NCBI GenBank assembly: GCA_002189035.1
Contig: NEEC01000061.1
Span: 1 to 64,000 of the forward strand
Reading direction: 5' to 3'
Length of the DNA stretch: 64,000 nucleotides
Origin: Utricularia gibba
Lineage: Eukaryota; Plantae; Magnoliophyta
This document shows positions 13,388-25,120 of this stretch, piece by piece; the first letter of the stretch is position 1; each line of letters begins with the position of its first letter. The position numbers and the translations under genes are program-made. The notes under the pieces were generated by a model. It did not search any database, was not told the DNA's origin, and saw only the letters and a list, made by a program, of their open reading frames with translations.

Positions 13388-16300
13388 AATATATGTCAAA
13401 ATCTTGAATTTCGCGGCATTCTCATGCGTTTCTACGGGTGTGCTCGGGCCCCGGGACTTCCTACATCAAGGGGTGGCCTCGCGCAGCCTTCGCCATTGAC
13501 GCCACATCGTCCAAACCGTTTAGAGTCACGCGACACACAGCATACCGTTTCGAAGCTCATTCTGAGACGATCGTTTTTCGTGTTGGGAGTTTGCCCATCC
13601 GAGGAAAGTTCGAAGCTCGACGGATGGCCCTATATAAGCCTTGAATGGTGTCACAAAATGGCCTAGCCATTGGGGACGTTGGGACTCGTTTGCTCGTTTT
13701 TATGCGAAAATTCTCGGATTGCGAAACACGCGTGATTCGTTAATATATGTAAAATCTTGAATTTCGCGGCATTCTCATGCGTTTCTCCGAGTGTGCTCGG
13801 GCCCTGGAAATTCCTACACCAAGGGTGGGCCTCGCGCATCCTTCGCAATTGACGCCACAACTCCAAACCGTTTAGAGTCACGTGGCATAAAGAAATTCGT
13901 TTCGAAGCTCATTCTGAGTCGGTCGTTTTTCGTGTTGCGAACTCGCCCATCTGAGGAAAGTTCGAAGCTCGAAGGATGGCCCTATATTAGCCTTCAATGG
14001 TGTCACAAAATGGTCTAGCCATTGGGGACGTTGGGACTCGTTTGCTCGTTTTTATGCGAAAACTAATCTCGGCTTGCGAAACACGCGTGATTCGTTAATA
14101 TATGTCAAAATCTTGAATTTCGCGGCATTCTCATGCGTTTCTACGGGTGTGCTCGGGCCCTGGGACTTCCTACACCAAGGGGTGGCCTCGCGCAGCCTTC
14201 GCCATTGACGCCACATCGTCCAAACCGTTTAGATTCACGCACACACAGCATACCGTTTCGAAGCTCATTCCGAGACGGTCGTTTTTCGTGTTGGGAGCTT
14301 GCCCATCCGAGGAAAGTTCGATGCTCGAAGGATGGCCTTATATTAGCCTTCAATAGTGTCCCAAAATGGTCTAGCCATTGGGGACATCGCGACTCCTTTG
14401 CTCGTTTTTATGCGAAAATTATTCTCGGATTGCGAAACACGCATGATTCGTTAATATATGTCAAAATCTTGAATTTCGCGGCATTCTCATGCGTTTCTCC
14501 GAGTGTGCTCGGGCCCTGGGAATTCCTACATTAAGGGGTGGCCTCGCGCAGCCTTCGCCATTGACGCCACATCGTCCAAACCGTTTAGAGTCACGCGACA
14601 CACAGCATACCGTTTCGAAGCTCATTCTGAGACGATCGTTTTTCGTGTTGGGAGTTCGCCCATCCGAGGAAAGTTCGAAGCTCGACGGATGGCCCTATAT
14701 AAGCCTTGAATGGTGTCACAAAATGGCCTAGCCATTGGGGACATCGCGACTCCTTTGCTCGTTTTTATGCGAAAATTATTCTCGGATTGCGAAACACGCG
14801 TGATTCGTTAATATATGTCAAAATCTTGAATTTCGCGGCATTCTCATGCGTTTCTACGGGTGTGCTCGGGCCCTGGGAATTCCTACATAAGGGGTGGCCT
14901 CGCGCAGCCTTCGCCATTGACGCCACATCGTCCAAACCGTTTAGAGTCACGTGGCACAAAGCATTTCGTTTCGAAGCTCATTCCGAGACGGTCGTTTTTC
15001 GTGTTGGGAGCTTGCCCATCCGAGGAAAGTTCGAAGCTCGAAGGATGGCCTTATATTAGACTTCAATAGTGTCACAAAATGGTCTAGCCATTGGGGACAT
15101 GCGACTCCTTTGCTCGTTTTTATGCGAAAATTATTCTCGGATTGCGAAACACGCGTGATTCGTTAATATATGTCAAAATCTTGAATTTCGCGGCATTCTC
15201 ATGCGTTTCTCCGAGTGTGCTCGGGCCCTGGGAATTCCTACACCAAGGGTGGGCCTCGCGCATCCTTCGCAATTGACGCCACAACTCCCAAACCGTTTAG
15301 AGTCACGTGGCATAAAGAAATTCGTTTCGAAGCTCATTCGGAGTCGGTCGTTTTTCGTGTTGCGAACTCGCCATCTGAGGAAAGTTCGAAGCTCGAAGGA
15401 TGGCCCTATATTAGCCTTCAATGGTGTCACAAAATGGTCTAGCCATTGGGGACATTGCGACTCCTTTGCTCGTTTTTATGCGAAAACTAATCTCGGCTTG
15501 CGAAACACGCGTGATTCGTTAATATATGTCAAAATCTTGAATTTCGCGGCATTCTCATGCGTTTCTACGGGTGTGCTCGGGCCCTGGGACTTCCTACACC
15601 AAGGGTGGCCTCGCGCAGCCTTCGCCATTGACGCCACATCGTCCAAACCGTTTAGAGTCACGCGACACACAGCATACCGTTTCGAAGCTCATTCTGAGAC
15701 GATCGTTTTTCGTGTTGGGAGTTTGCCCATCCGAGGAAAGTTCGAAGCTCGACGGATGGCCCTATATAAGCCTTGAATGGTGTCACAAAATGGCCTAGCC
15801 ATTGGGGACGTTGGACTCGTTTGCTCGTTTTTATGCGAAAATTTTCTCGGATTGCGAAACACGCGTGATTCGTTAATATATGTAAAAATCTTGAATTTCG
15901 CGGCATTCTCATGCGTTTCTCGAGTGTGCTCGGGCCCTGGAATTCCTACACCAAGGGTGGCCTCGCGCATCCTTCGCAATTGACGCCACAACTCCCAAAC
16001 CGTTTAGAGTCACGTGGCATAAAGAAATTCGTTTCGAAGCTCATTCTGAGACGGTCGTTTTTCGTGTTGCGAACTCGCCCATCTGAGGAAAGTTCGAAGC
16101 TCGAAGGATGGCCCTATATTAGCCTTCAATGGTGTCACAAAATGGTCTAGCCATTGGGGACGTTGGACTCGTTTGCTCGTTTTTATGCGAAAACTAATCT
16201 CGGCTTGCGAAACACGCGTGATTCGTTAATATATGTCAAAATCTTGAATTTCGCGGCATTCTCATGCGTTTCTACGGGTGTGCTCGGGCCCTGGGACTTC

Positions 16301-18005
16301 CTACACCAAGGGGTGGCCTCGCGCAGCCTTCGCCATTGACGCCACATCGTCCAAACCGTTTAGAGTCACGCGACACACAGCATACCGTTTCGAAGCTCAT
16401 TCGAGACGGTCGTTTTTCGTGTTGGGAGCTTGCCCATCCGAGGAAAGTTCGAAGCTCGAAGGATGGCCTTATATTAGCCTTCAATGTGTCCAAAATGGTC
16501 TAGCCATTGGGGACATCGCGACTCCTTTGCTCGTTTTTATGCGAAAATTATTCTCGGATTGCGAAACACGCGTGATTCGTTAATATATGTCAAAATCTTG
16601 AATTTCGCGGCATTCTCATGCGTTTCTCCGAGTGTGCTCGGGCCCTGGGACTTCCTACACCAAGGGGTGGCCTCGCGCAGCCTTCGCCATTGACGCCACA
16701 TCGTCCAAACCGTTTAGAGTCACGCGACACACAGCATACCGTTTCGAAGCTCATTCCGAGACGGTCGTTTTTCGTGTTGGGAGCTTGCCCATCCGAGGAA
16801 AGTTCGAAGCTCGAAGGATGGCCTTATATTAGCCTTCAATGGTGTCCAAAATGGTCTAGCCATTGGGGACATCGCGACTCCTTTGCTCGTTTTTATGCGA
16901 AAATTATTCTCGGATTGCGAAACACGCGTGATTCGTTAATATATGTCAAAATCTTGAATTTCGCGGCATTCTCATGCGTTTCTCCGAGTGTGCTCGGGCC
17001 CTGGGAATTCCTACACCAAGGGTGGCCTCGCGCATCCTTCGCAATTGACGCCACAACTCCCAAACCGTTTAGAGTCACGTGGCATAAAGAAATTCGTTTC
17101 GAAGCTCATTCGGAGTCGGTCGTTTTTCGTGTTGCGAACTCGCCTATCTGAGGAAAGTTCGAAGCTCGAAGGATGGCCCTATATTAGCCTTCAATGGTGT
17201 CACAAAATGGCCTAGCCATTGGGGACGTTGGGACTCGTTTGCTCGTTTTTATGCGAAAACTAATCTCGGCTTGCGAAACACGCGTGATTCGTTAATATAT
17301 GTCAAAATCTTGAATTTCGCGGCATTCTCATGCGTTTCTCCGAGTGTGCTCGGGCCCTGGGAATTCCTACACCAAGGGTGGGCCTCGCGCATCCTTCGCA
17401 ATGACGCCACAACTCCCAAACCGTTTAGAGTCACGTGGCATAAAGAAATTCGTTTCGAAGCTCATTATGATTCGGTCGTTTTTCGTGTTGCGAACTCACC
17501 CATCTGAGGAAAGTTCGAAGCTCGAAGGATGGCCCTATATTAGCCTTCAATGGTGTCACAAAATGGTCTAGCCATTGGGGACATTGCGACTCCTTTGCTC
17601 GTTTTTATGCGAAAACTAATCTCGGCTTGCGAAACACGCGTGATTCGTTAATATATGTCAAAATCTTGAATTTCGCGGCATTCTCATGCGTTTCTCCGGT
17701 GTGCTCGGGCCCTGGGAATTCCTACACCAAGGGTGGGCCTCGCGCATCCTTCGCAATTGACGCCACAACTCCCAAACCGTTTAGAGTCACGTGGCATAAA
17801 GAAATTCGTTTCGAAGCTCATTATGATTCGGTCGTTTTTCGTGTTGCGAACTCACCCATCTGAGGAAAGTTCGAAGCTCGAAGGATGGCCCTATATTAGC
17901 CTTCAATGGTGTCACAAAATGGTCTAGCCATTGGGGACATTGCGACTCCTTTGCTCGTTTTTATGCGAAAACTAATCTCGGCTTGCGAAACACGCGTGAT
18001 TCGTT

Positions 18006-21000
18006 AATATATGTCAAAATCTTGAATTTCGCGGCATTCTCATGCGTTTCTACGGGTGTGCTCGGGCCCTGGGACTTCCTACACCAAGGGGTGGCCTCGC
18101 GCAGCCATCGCCATTGACGCCACATCGTCCAAACCGTTTAGATTCACGCGACACACAGCATACCGTTTCGAAGCTCATTCCGAGACGGTCGTTTTTCGTG
18201 TTGGGAGCTTGCCCATCCGAGGAAAGTTCGATGCTCGAAGGATGGCCTTATATTAGACTTCAATAGTGTCCCAAAATGGTCTAGCCATTGGGGACATCGC
18301 GACTCCTTTGCTCGTTTTTATGCGAAAATTATTCTCGGATTGCGAAACACGCGTGATTCGTTAATATATGTCAAAATCTTGAATTTCGCGGCATTCTCAT
18401 GCGTTTCTCCGAGTGTGCTCGGGCCCTGGGAATTCCTACACCAAGGGTGGGCCTCGCGCATCCTTCGCAATTGACGCCACAACTCCCAAACCGTTTAGAG
18501 TCACGTGGCATAAAGAAATTCGTTTCGAAGCTCATTCGGAGTCGGTCGTTTTTCGTGTTGCGAACTCGCCTATCTGAGGAAAGTTCGAAGCTCGAAGGAT
18601 GGCCCTATATTAGCCTTCAATGGTGTCACAAAATGGTCTAGCCATTGGGGACGTTGGGACTCGTTTGCTCGTTTTTATGCGAAAACTAATCTCGGCTTGC
18701 GAAACACGCGTGATTCGTTAATATATGTCAAAATCTTGAATTTCGCGGCATTCTCATGCGTTTCTCCGAGTGTGCTCGGGCCCTGGGAATTCCTACACCA
18801 AGGGTGGGCCTCGCGCATCCTTCGCAATAGACGCCACAACTCCCAAACCGTTTAGAGTCACGTGGCATAAAGAAATTCGTTTCGAAGCTCATTATGATTC
18901 GGTCGTTTTTCGTGTTGCGAACTCACCCATCTGAGGAAAGTTCGAAGCTCGAAGGATGGCCCTATATTAGCCTTCAATGGTGTCACAAAATGGTCTAGCC
19001 ATTGGGGACATTGCGACTCCTTTGCTCGTTTTTATGCGAAAATTATTCTCGGATTGCGAAACACGCGTGATTCGTTAATATATGTCAAAATCTTGAATTT
19101 CGCGGCATTCTCATGCGTTTCTCCGAGTGTGCTCGGGCCCTGGGAATTCCTACACCAAGGGTGGGCCTCGCGCATCCTTCGCAATTGACGCCACAACTCC
19201 CAAACCGTTTAGAGTCACGTGGCATAAAGAAATTCGTTTCGAAGCTCATTCGGAGTCGGTCGTTTTTCGTGTTGCGAACTCGCCTATCTGAGGAAAGTTC
19301 GAAGCTCGAAGGATGGCCCTATATTAGCCTTCAATGGTGTCACAAAATGGTCTAGCCATTGGGGACGTTGGGACTCGTTTGCTCGTTTTTATGCGAAAAC
19401 TAATCTCGGCTTGCGAAACACGCGTGATTCGTTAATATATGTCAAAATCTTGAATTTCGCGGCATTCTCATGCGTTTCTCCGAGTGTGCTCGGGCCCTGG
19501 GAATTCCTACACCAAGGGTGGGCCTCGCGCATCCTTCGCAATAGACGCCACAACTCCCAAACCGTTTAGAGTCACGTGGCATAAAGAAATTCGTTTCGAA
19601 GCTCATTATGATTCGGTCGTTTTTCGTGTTGCGAACTCACCCATCTGAGGAAAGTTCGAAGCTCGAAGGATGGCCCTATATTAGCCTTCAATGGTGTCAC
19701 AAAATGGTCTAGCCATTGGGGACATTGCGACTCCTTTGCTCGTTTTTATGCGAAAACTAATCTCGGCTTGCGAAACACGCGTGATTCGTTAATATATGTC
19801 AAAATCTTGAATTTCGCGGCATTCTCATGCGTTTCTACGGGTGTGCTCGGGCCCTGGGACTTCCTACACCAAGGGTGGCCTCGCGCAGCCATCGCCATTG
19901 ACGCCACATCGTCCAAACCGTTTAGATTCACGCGACACACAGCATACCGTTTCGAAGCTCATTCCGAGACGGTCGTTTTTCGTGTTGGGAGCTTGCCCAT
20001 CGAGGAAAGTTCGATGCTCGAAGGATGGCCTTATATTAGACTTCAATAGTGTCCAAAATGGTCTAGCCATTGGGGACATCGCGACTCCTTTGCTCGTTTT
20101 TATGCGAAAATTATTCTCGGATTGCGAAACACGCGTGATTCGTTAATATATGTCAAAATCTTGAATTTCGCGGCATTCTCATGCGTTTCTCCGAGTGTGC
20201 TCGGGCCCTGGGAATTCCTACACCAAGGGTGGGCCTCGCGCATCCTTCGCAATTGACGCCACAACTCCCAAACCGTTTAGAGTCACGTGGCATAAAGAAA
20301 TTCGTTTCGAAGCTCATTCGGAGTCGGTCGTTTTTCGTGTTGCGAACTCGCCTATCTGAGGAAAGTTCGAAGCTCGAAGGATGGCCCTATATTAGCCTTC
20401 AATGGTGTCACAAAATGGTCTAGCCATTGGGGACGTTGGGACTCGTTTGCTCGTTTTTATGCGAAAACTAATCTCGGCTTGCGAAACACGCGTGATTCGT
20501 TAATATATGTCAAAATCTTGAATTTCGCGGCATTCTCATGCGTTTCTCCGAGTGTGCTCGGGCCCTGGGAATTCCTACACCAAGGGTGGGCCTCGCGCAT
20601 CCTTCGCAATAGACGCCACAACTCCAAACCGTTTAGAGTCACGTGGCATAAAGAAATTCGTTTCGAAGCTCATTATGATTCGGTCGTTTTTCGTGTTGCC
20701 AACTCACCCATCTGAGGAAAGTTCGAAGCTCGAAGGATGGCCCTATATTAGCCTTCAATGGTGTCACAAAATGGTCTAGCCATTGGGGACATTGCGACTC
20801 CTTTGCTCGTTTTTATGCGAAAATTATTCTCGGATTGCGAAACACGCGTGATTCGTTAATATATGTCAAAATCTTGAATTTCGCGGCATTCTCATGCGTT
20901 TCTCCGAGTGTGCTCGGGCCCTGGGAATTCCTACACCAAGGTGGGCCTCGCGCATCCTTCGCAATTGACGCCACAACTCCCAAACCGTTTAGAGTCACGT

Positions 21001-24000
21001 GGCATAAAGAAATTCGTTTCGAAGCTCATTCGGAGTCGGTCGTTTTTCGTGTTGCGAACTCGCCTATCTGAGGAAAGTTCGAAGCTCGAAGGATGGCCCT
21101 ATATTAGCCTTCAATGGTGTCACAAAATGGTCTAGCCATTGGGGACGTTGGGACTCGTTTGCTCGTTTTTATGCGAAAACTAATCTCGGCTTGCGAAACA
21201 CGCGTGATTCGTTAATATATGTCAAAATCTTGAATTTCGCGGCATTCTCATGCGTTTCTCCGAGTGTGCTCGGGCCCTGGGAATTCCTACACCAAGGGTG
21301 GGCCTCGCGCATCCTTCGCAATAGACGCCACAACTCCCAAACCGTTTAGAGTCACGTGGCATAAAGAAATTCGTTTCGAAGCTCATTATGATTCGGTCGT
21401 TTTTCGTGTTGCGAACTCACCCATCTGAGGAAAGTTCGAAGCTCGAAGGATGGCCCTATATTAGCCTTCAATGGTGTCACAAAATGGTCTAGCCATTGGG
21501 GACATTGCGACTCCTTTGCTCGTTTTTATGCGAAAACTAATCTCGGCTTGCGAAACACGCGTGATTCGTTAATATATGTCAAAATCTTGAATTTCGCGGC
21601 ATTCTCATGCGTTTCTACGGGTGTGCTCGGGCCCTGGGACTTCCTACACCAAGGGGTGGCCTCGCGCAGCCATCGCCATTGACGCCACATCGTCCAAACC
21701 GTTTAGATTCACGCGACACACAGCATACCGTTTCGAAGCTCATTCCGAGACGGTCGTTTTTCGTGTTGGGAGCTTGCCCATCCGAGGAAAGTTCGATGCT
21801 CGAAGGATGGCCTTATATTAGACTTCAATAGTGTCCAAAATGGTCTAGCCATTGGGGACATCGCGACTCCTTTGCTCGTTTTTATGCGAAAATTATTCTC
21901 GGATTGCGAAACACGCGTGATTCGTTAATATATGTCAAAATCTTGAATTTCGCGGCATTCTCATGCGTTTCTCCGAGTGTGCTCGGGCCCTGGGAATTCC
22001 TACACCAAGGGTGGGCCTCGCGCATCCTTCGCAATTGACGCCACAACTCCCAAACCGTTTAGAGTCACGTGGCATAAAGAAATTCGTTTCGAAGCTCATT
22101 CGGAGTCGGTCGTTTTTCGTGTTGCGAACTCGCCTATCTGAGGAAAGTTCGAAGCTCGAAGGATGGCCCTATATTAGCCTTCAATGGTGTCACAAAATGG
22201 TCTAGCCATTGGGACGTTGGGACTCGTTTGCTCGTTTTTATGCGAAAACTAATCTCGGCTTGCGAAACACGCGTGATTCGTTAATATATGTCAAAATCTT
22301 GAATTTCGCGGCATTCTCATGCGTTTCTCCGAGTGTGCTCGGGCCCTGGGAATTCCTACACCAAGGGTGGCCTCGCGCATCCTTCGCAATAGACGCCACA
22401 ACTCCAAACCGTTTAGAGTCACGTGGCATAAAGAAATTCGTTTCGAAGCTCATTATGATTCGGTCGTTTTTCGTGTTGCAACTCACCCATCTGAGAAAGT
22501 TCGAAGCTCGAAGGATGGCCCTATATTAGCCTTCAATGGTGTCACAAAATGGTCTAGCCATTGGGACATTGCGACTCCTTTGCTCGTTTTTATGCGAAAA
22601 TTATTCTCGGATTGCGAAACACGCGTGATTCGTTAATATATGTCAAAATCTTGAATTTCGCGGCATTCTCATGCGTTTCTCGAGTGTGCTCGGCCCTGGG
22701 AATTCCTACACAAGGGTGGGCCTCGCGCATCCTTCGCAATTGACGCCACAACTCCCAAACCGTTTAGAGTCACGTGGCATAAAGAAATTCGTTTCGAAGC
22801 TCATTCGGAGTCGGTCGTTTTTCGTGTTGCGAACTCGCCATCTGAGGAAAGTTCGAAGCTCGAAGGATGGCCCTATATTAGCCTTCAATGGTGTCACAAA
22901 ATGGTCTAGCCATTGGGGACGTTGGACTCTTTGCTCGTTTTTATGCGAAAACTAATCTCGGCTTGCGAAACACGTGATTCGTTAATATATGTCAAAATCT
23001 TGAATTTCGCGGCATTCTCATGCGTTTCTCCGAGTGTGCTCGGGCCCTGGGAATTCCTACACCAAGGGTGGGCCTCGCGCATCCTTCGCAATAGACGCCA
23101 CAACTCCCAAACCGTTTAGAGTCACGTGGCATAAAGAAATTCGTTTCGAAGCTCATTATGATTCGGTCGTTTTTCGTGTTGCGAACTCACCCATCTGAGG
23201 AAAGTTCGAAGCTCGAAGGATGGCCCTATATTAGCCTTCAATGGTGTCACAAAATGGTCTAGCCATTGGGGACATTGCGACTCCTTTGCTCGTTTTTATG
23301 CGAAAACTAATCTCGGCTTGCGAAACACGCGTGATTCGTTAATATATGTCAAAATCTTGAATTTCGCGGCATTCTCATGCGTTTCTACGGTGTGCTCGGG
23401 CCCTGGGACTTCCTACACCAAGGGGTGGCCTCGCGCAGCCATCGCGCATTGACGCCACATCGTCCAAACCGTTTAGATTCACGCGACACACAGCATACCG
23501 TTTCGAAGCTCATTCCGAGACGGTCGTTTTTCGTGTTGGGAGCTTGCCCATCCGAGGAAAGTTCGATGCTCGAAGGATGGCCTTATATTAGACTTCAATA
23601 GTGTCCCAAAATGGTCTAGCCATTGGGGACATCGCGACTCCTTTGCTCGTTTTTATGCGAAAATTATTCTCGGATTGCGAAACACGCGTGATTCGTTAAT
23701 ATATGTCAAAATCTTGAATTTCGCGGCATTCTCATGCGTTTCTCCGAGTGTGCTCGGGCCCTGGGAATTCCTACACCAAGGGTGGGCCTCGCGCATCCTT
23801 CGCAATTGACGCCACAACTCCCAAACCGTTTAGAGTCACGTGGCATAAAGAAATTCGTTTCGAAGCTCATTCGGAGTCGGTCGTTTTTCGTGTTGCGAAC
23901 TCGCCTATCTGAGGAAAGTTCGAAGCTCGAAGGATGGCCCTATATTAGCCTTCAATGGTGTCACAAAATGGTCTAGCCATTGGGGACGTTGGGACTCGTT

Positions 24001-25120
24001 TGCTCGTTTTTATGCGAAAACTAATCTCGGCTTGCGAAACACGCGTGATTCGTTAATATATGTCAAAATCTTGAATTTCGCGGCATTCTCATGCGTTTCT
24101 CCGAGTGTGCTCGGGCCCTGGGAATTCCTACACCAAGGGTGGGCCTCGCGCATCCTTCGCAATAGACGCCACAACTCCCAAACCGTTTAGAGTCACGTGG
24201 CATAAAGAAATTCGTTTCGAAGCTCATTATGATTCGGTCGTTTTTCGTGTTGCCAACTCACCCATCTGAGGAAAGTTCGAAGCTCGAAGGATGGCCCTAT
24301 ATTAGCCTTCAATGGTGTCACAAAATGGTCTAGCCATTGGGGACATTGCGACTCCTTTGCTCGTTTTTATGCGAAAATTATTCTCGGATTGCGAAACACG
24401 CGTGATTCGTTAATATATGTCAAAATCTTGAATTTCGCGGCATTCTCATGCGTTTCTCCGAGTGTGCTCGGGCCCTGGGAATTCCTACACCAAGGGTGGG
24501 CCTCGCGCATCCTTCGCAATTGACGCCACAACTCCCAAACCGTTTAGAGTCACGTGGCATAAAGAAATTCGTTTCGAAGCTCATTCGGAGTCGGTCGTTT
24601 TTCGTGTTGCGAACTCGCCTATCTGAGGAAAGTTCGAAGCTCGAAGGATGGCCCTATATTAGCCTTCAATGGTGTCACAAAATGGTCTAGCCATTGGGGA
24701 CGTTGGGACTCGTTTGCTCGTTTTTATGCGAAAACTAATCTCGGCTTGCGAAACACGCGTGATTCGTTAATATATGTCAAAATCTTGAATTTCGCGGCAT
24801 TCTCATGCGTTTCTCCGAGTGTGCTCGGGCCCTGGGAATTCCTACACCAAGGGTGGCCTCGCGCATCCTTCGCAATTGACGCCACAACTCCCAAACCGTT
24901 TAGAGTCACGTGGCATAAAGAAATTCGTTTCGAAGCTCATTATGACGGTCGTTTTTCGTGTTGGAACTCACCCATCGAGGAAAGTTCGAAGCTCGAAGGA
25001 TGGCCCTATATTAGCCTTCAATGGTGTCACAAAATGGTCTAGCCATTGGGGACATTGCGACTCCTTTGCTCGTTTTTATGCGAAAACTAATCTCGGCTTG
25101 CGAAACACGCGTGATTCGTT
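18006..25120 (+). repeat. Pentameric higher-order repeat (B-C-D-C-D) x4, ~1785-bp unit
   Basis: B monomers (CTACGGG, GGACTTCC, GATTCACGCG, GAGCTTG, GATGCTCG, TTAGACTTCAATAGTGTCC) start at 18006, 19791, 21571, 23341 and 25121; the last is partly blended. Between them, C (CATTCGGAGTCGG, ACTCGCCTATCTG) and D (CATTATGATTCGG, ACTCACCCATC) alternate twice. Confidence 0.9.

Noticed and set aside
19791-25120. 10-mer super-HOR suggested by GTTGCCAACTC at ~20697 and ~24250
   Set aside because: The intervening unit has a deletion at this site (GTTGCAACTC, ~22475), and the next unit also carries the variant. The data fit a 5-mer with one shared SNP equally well.
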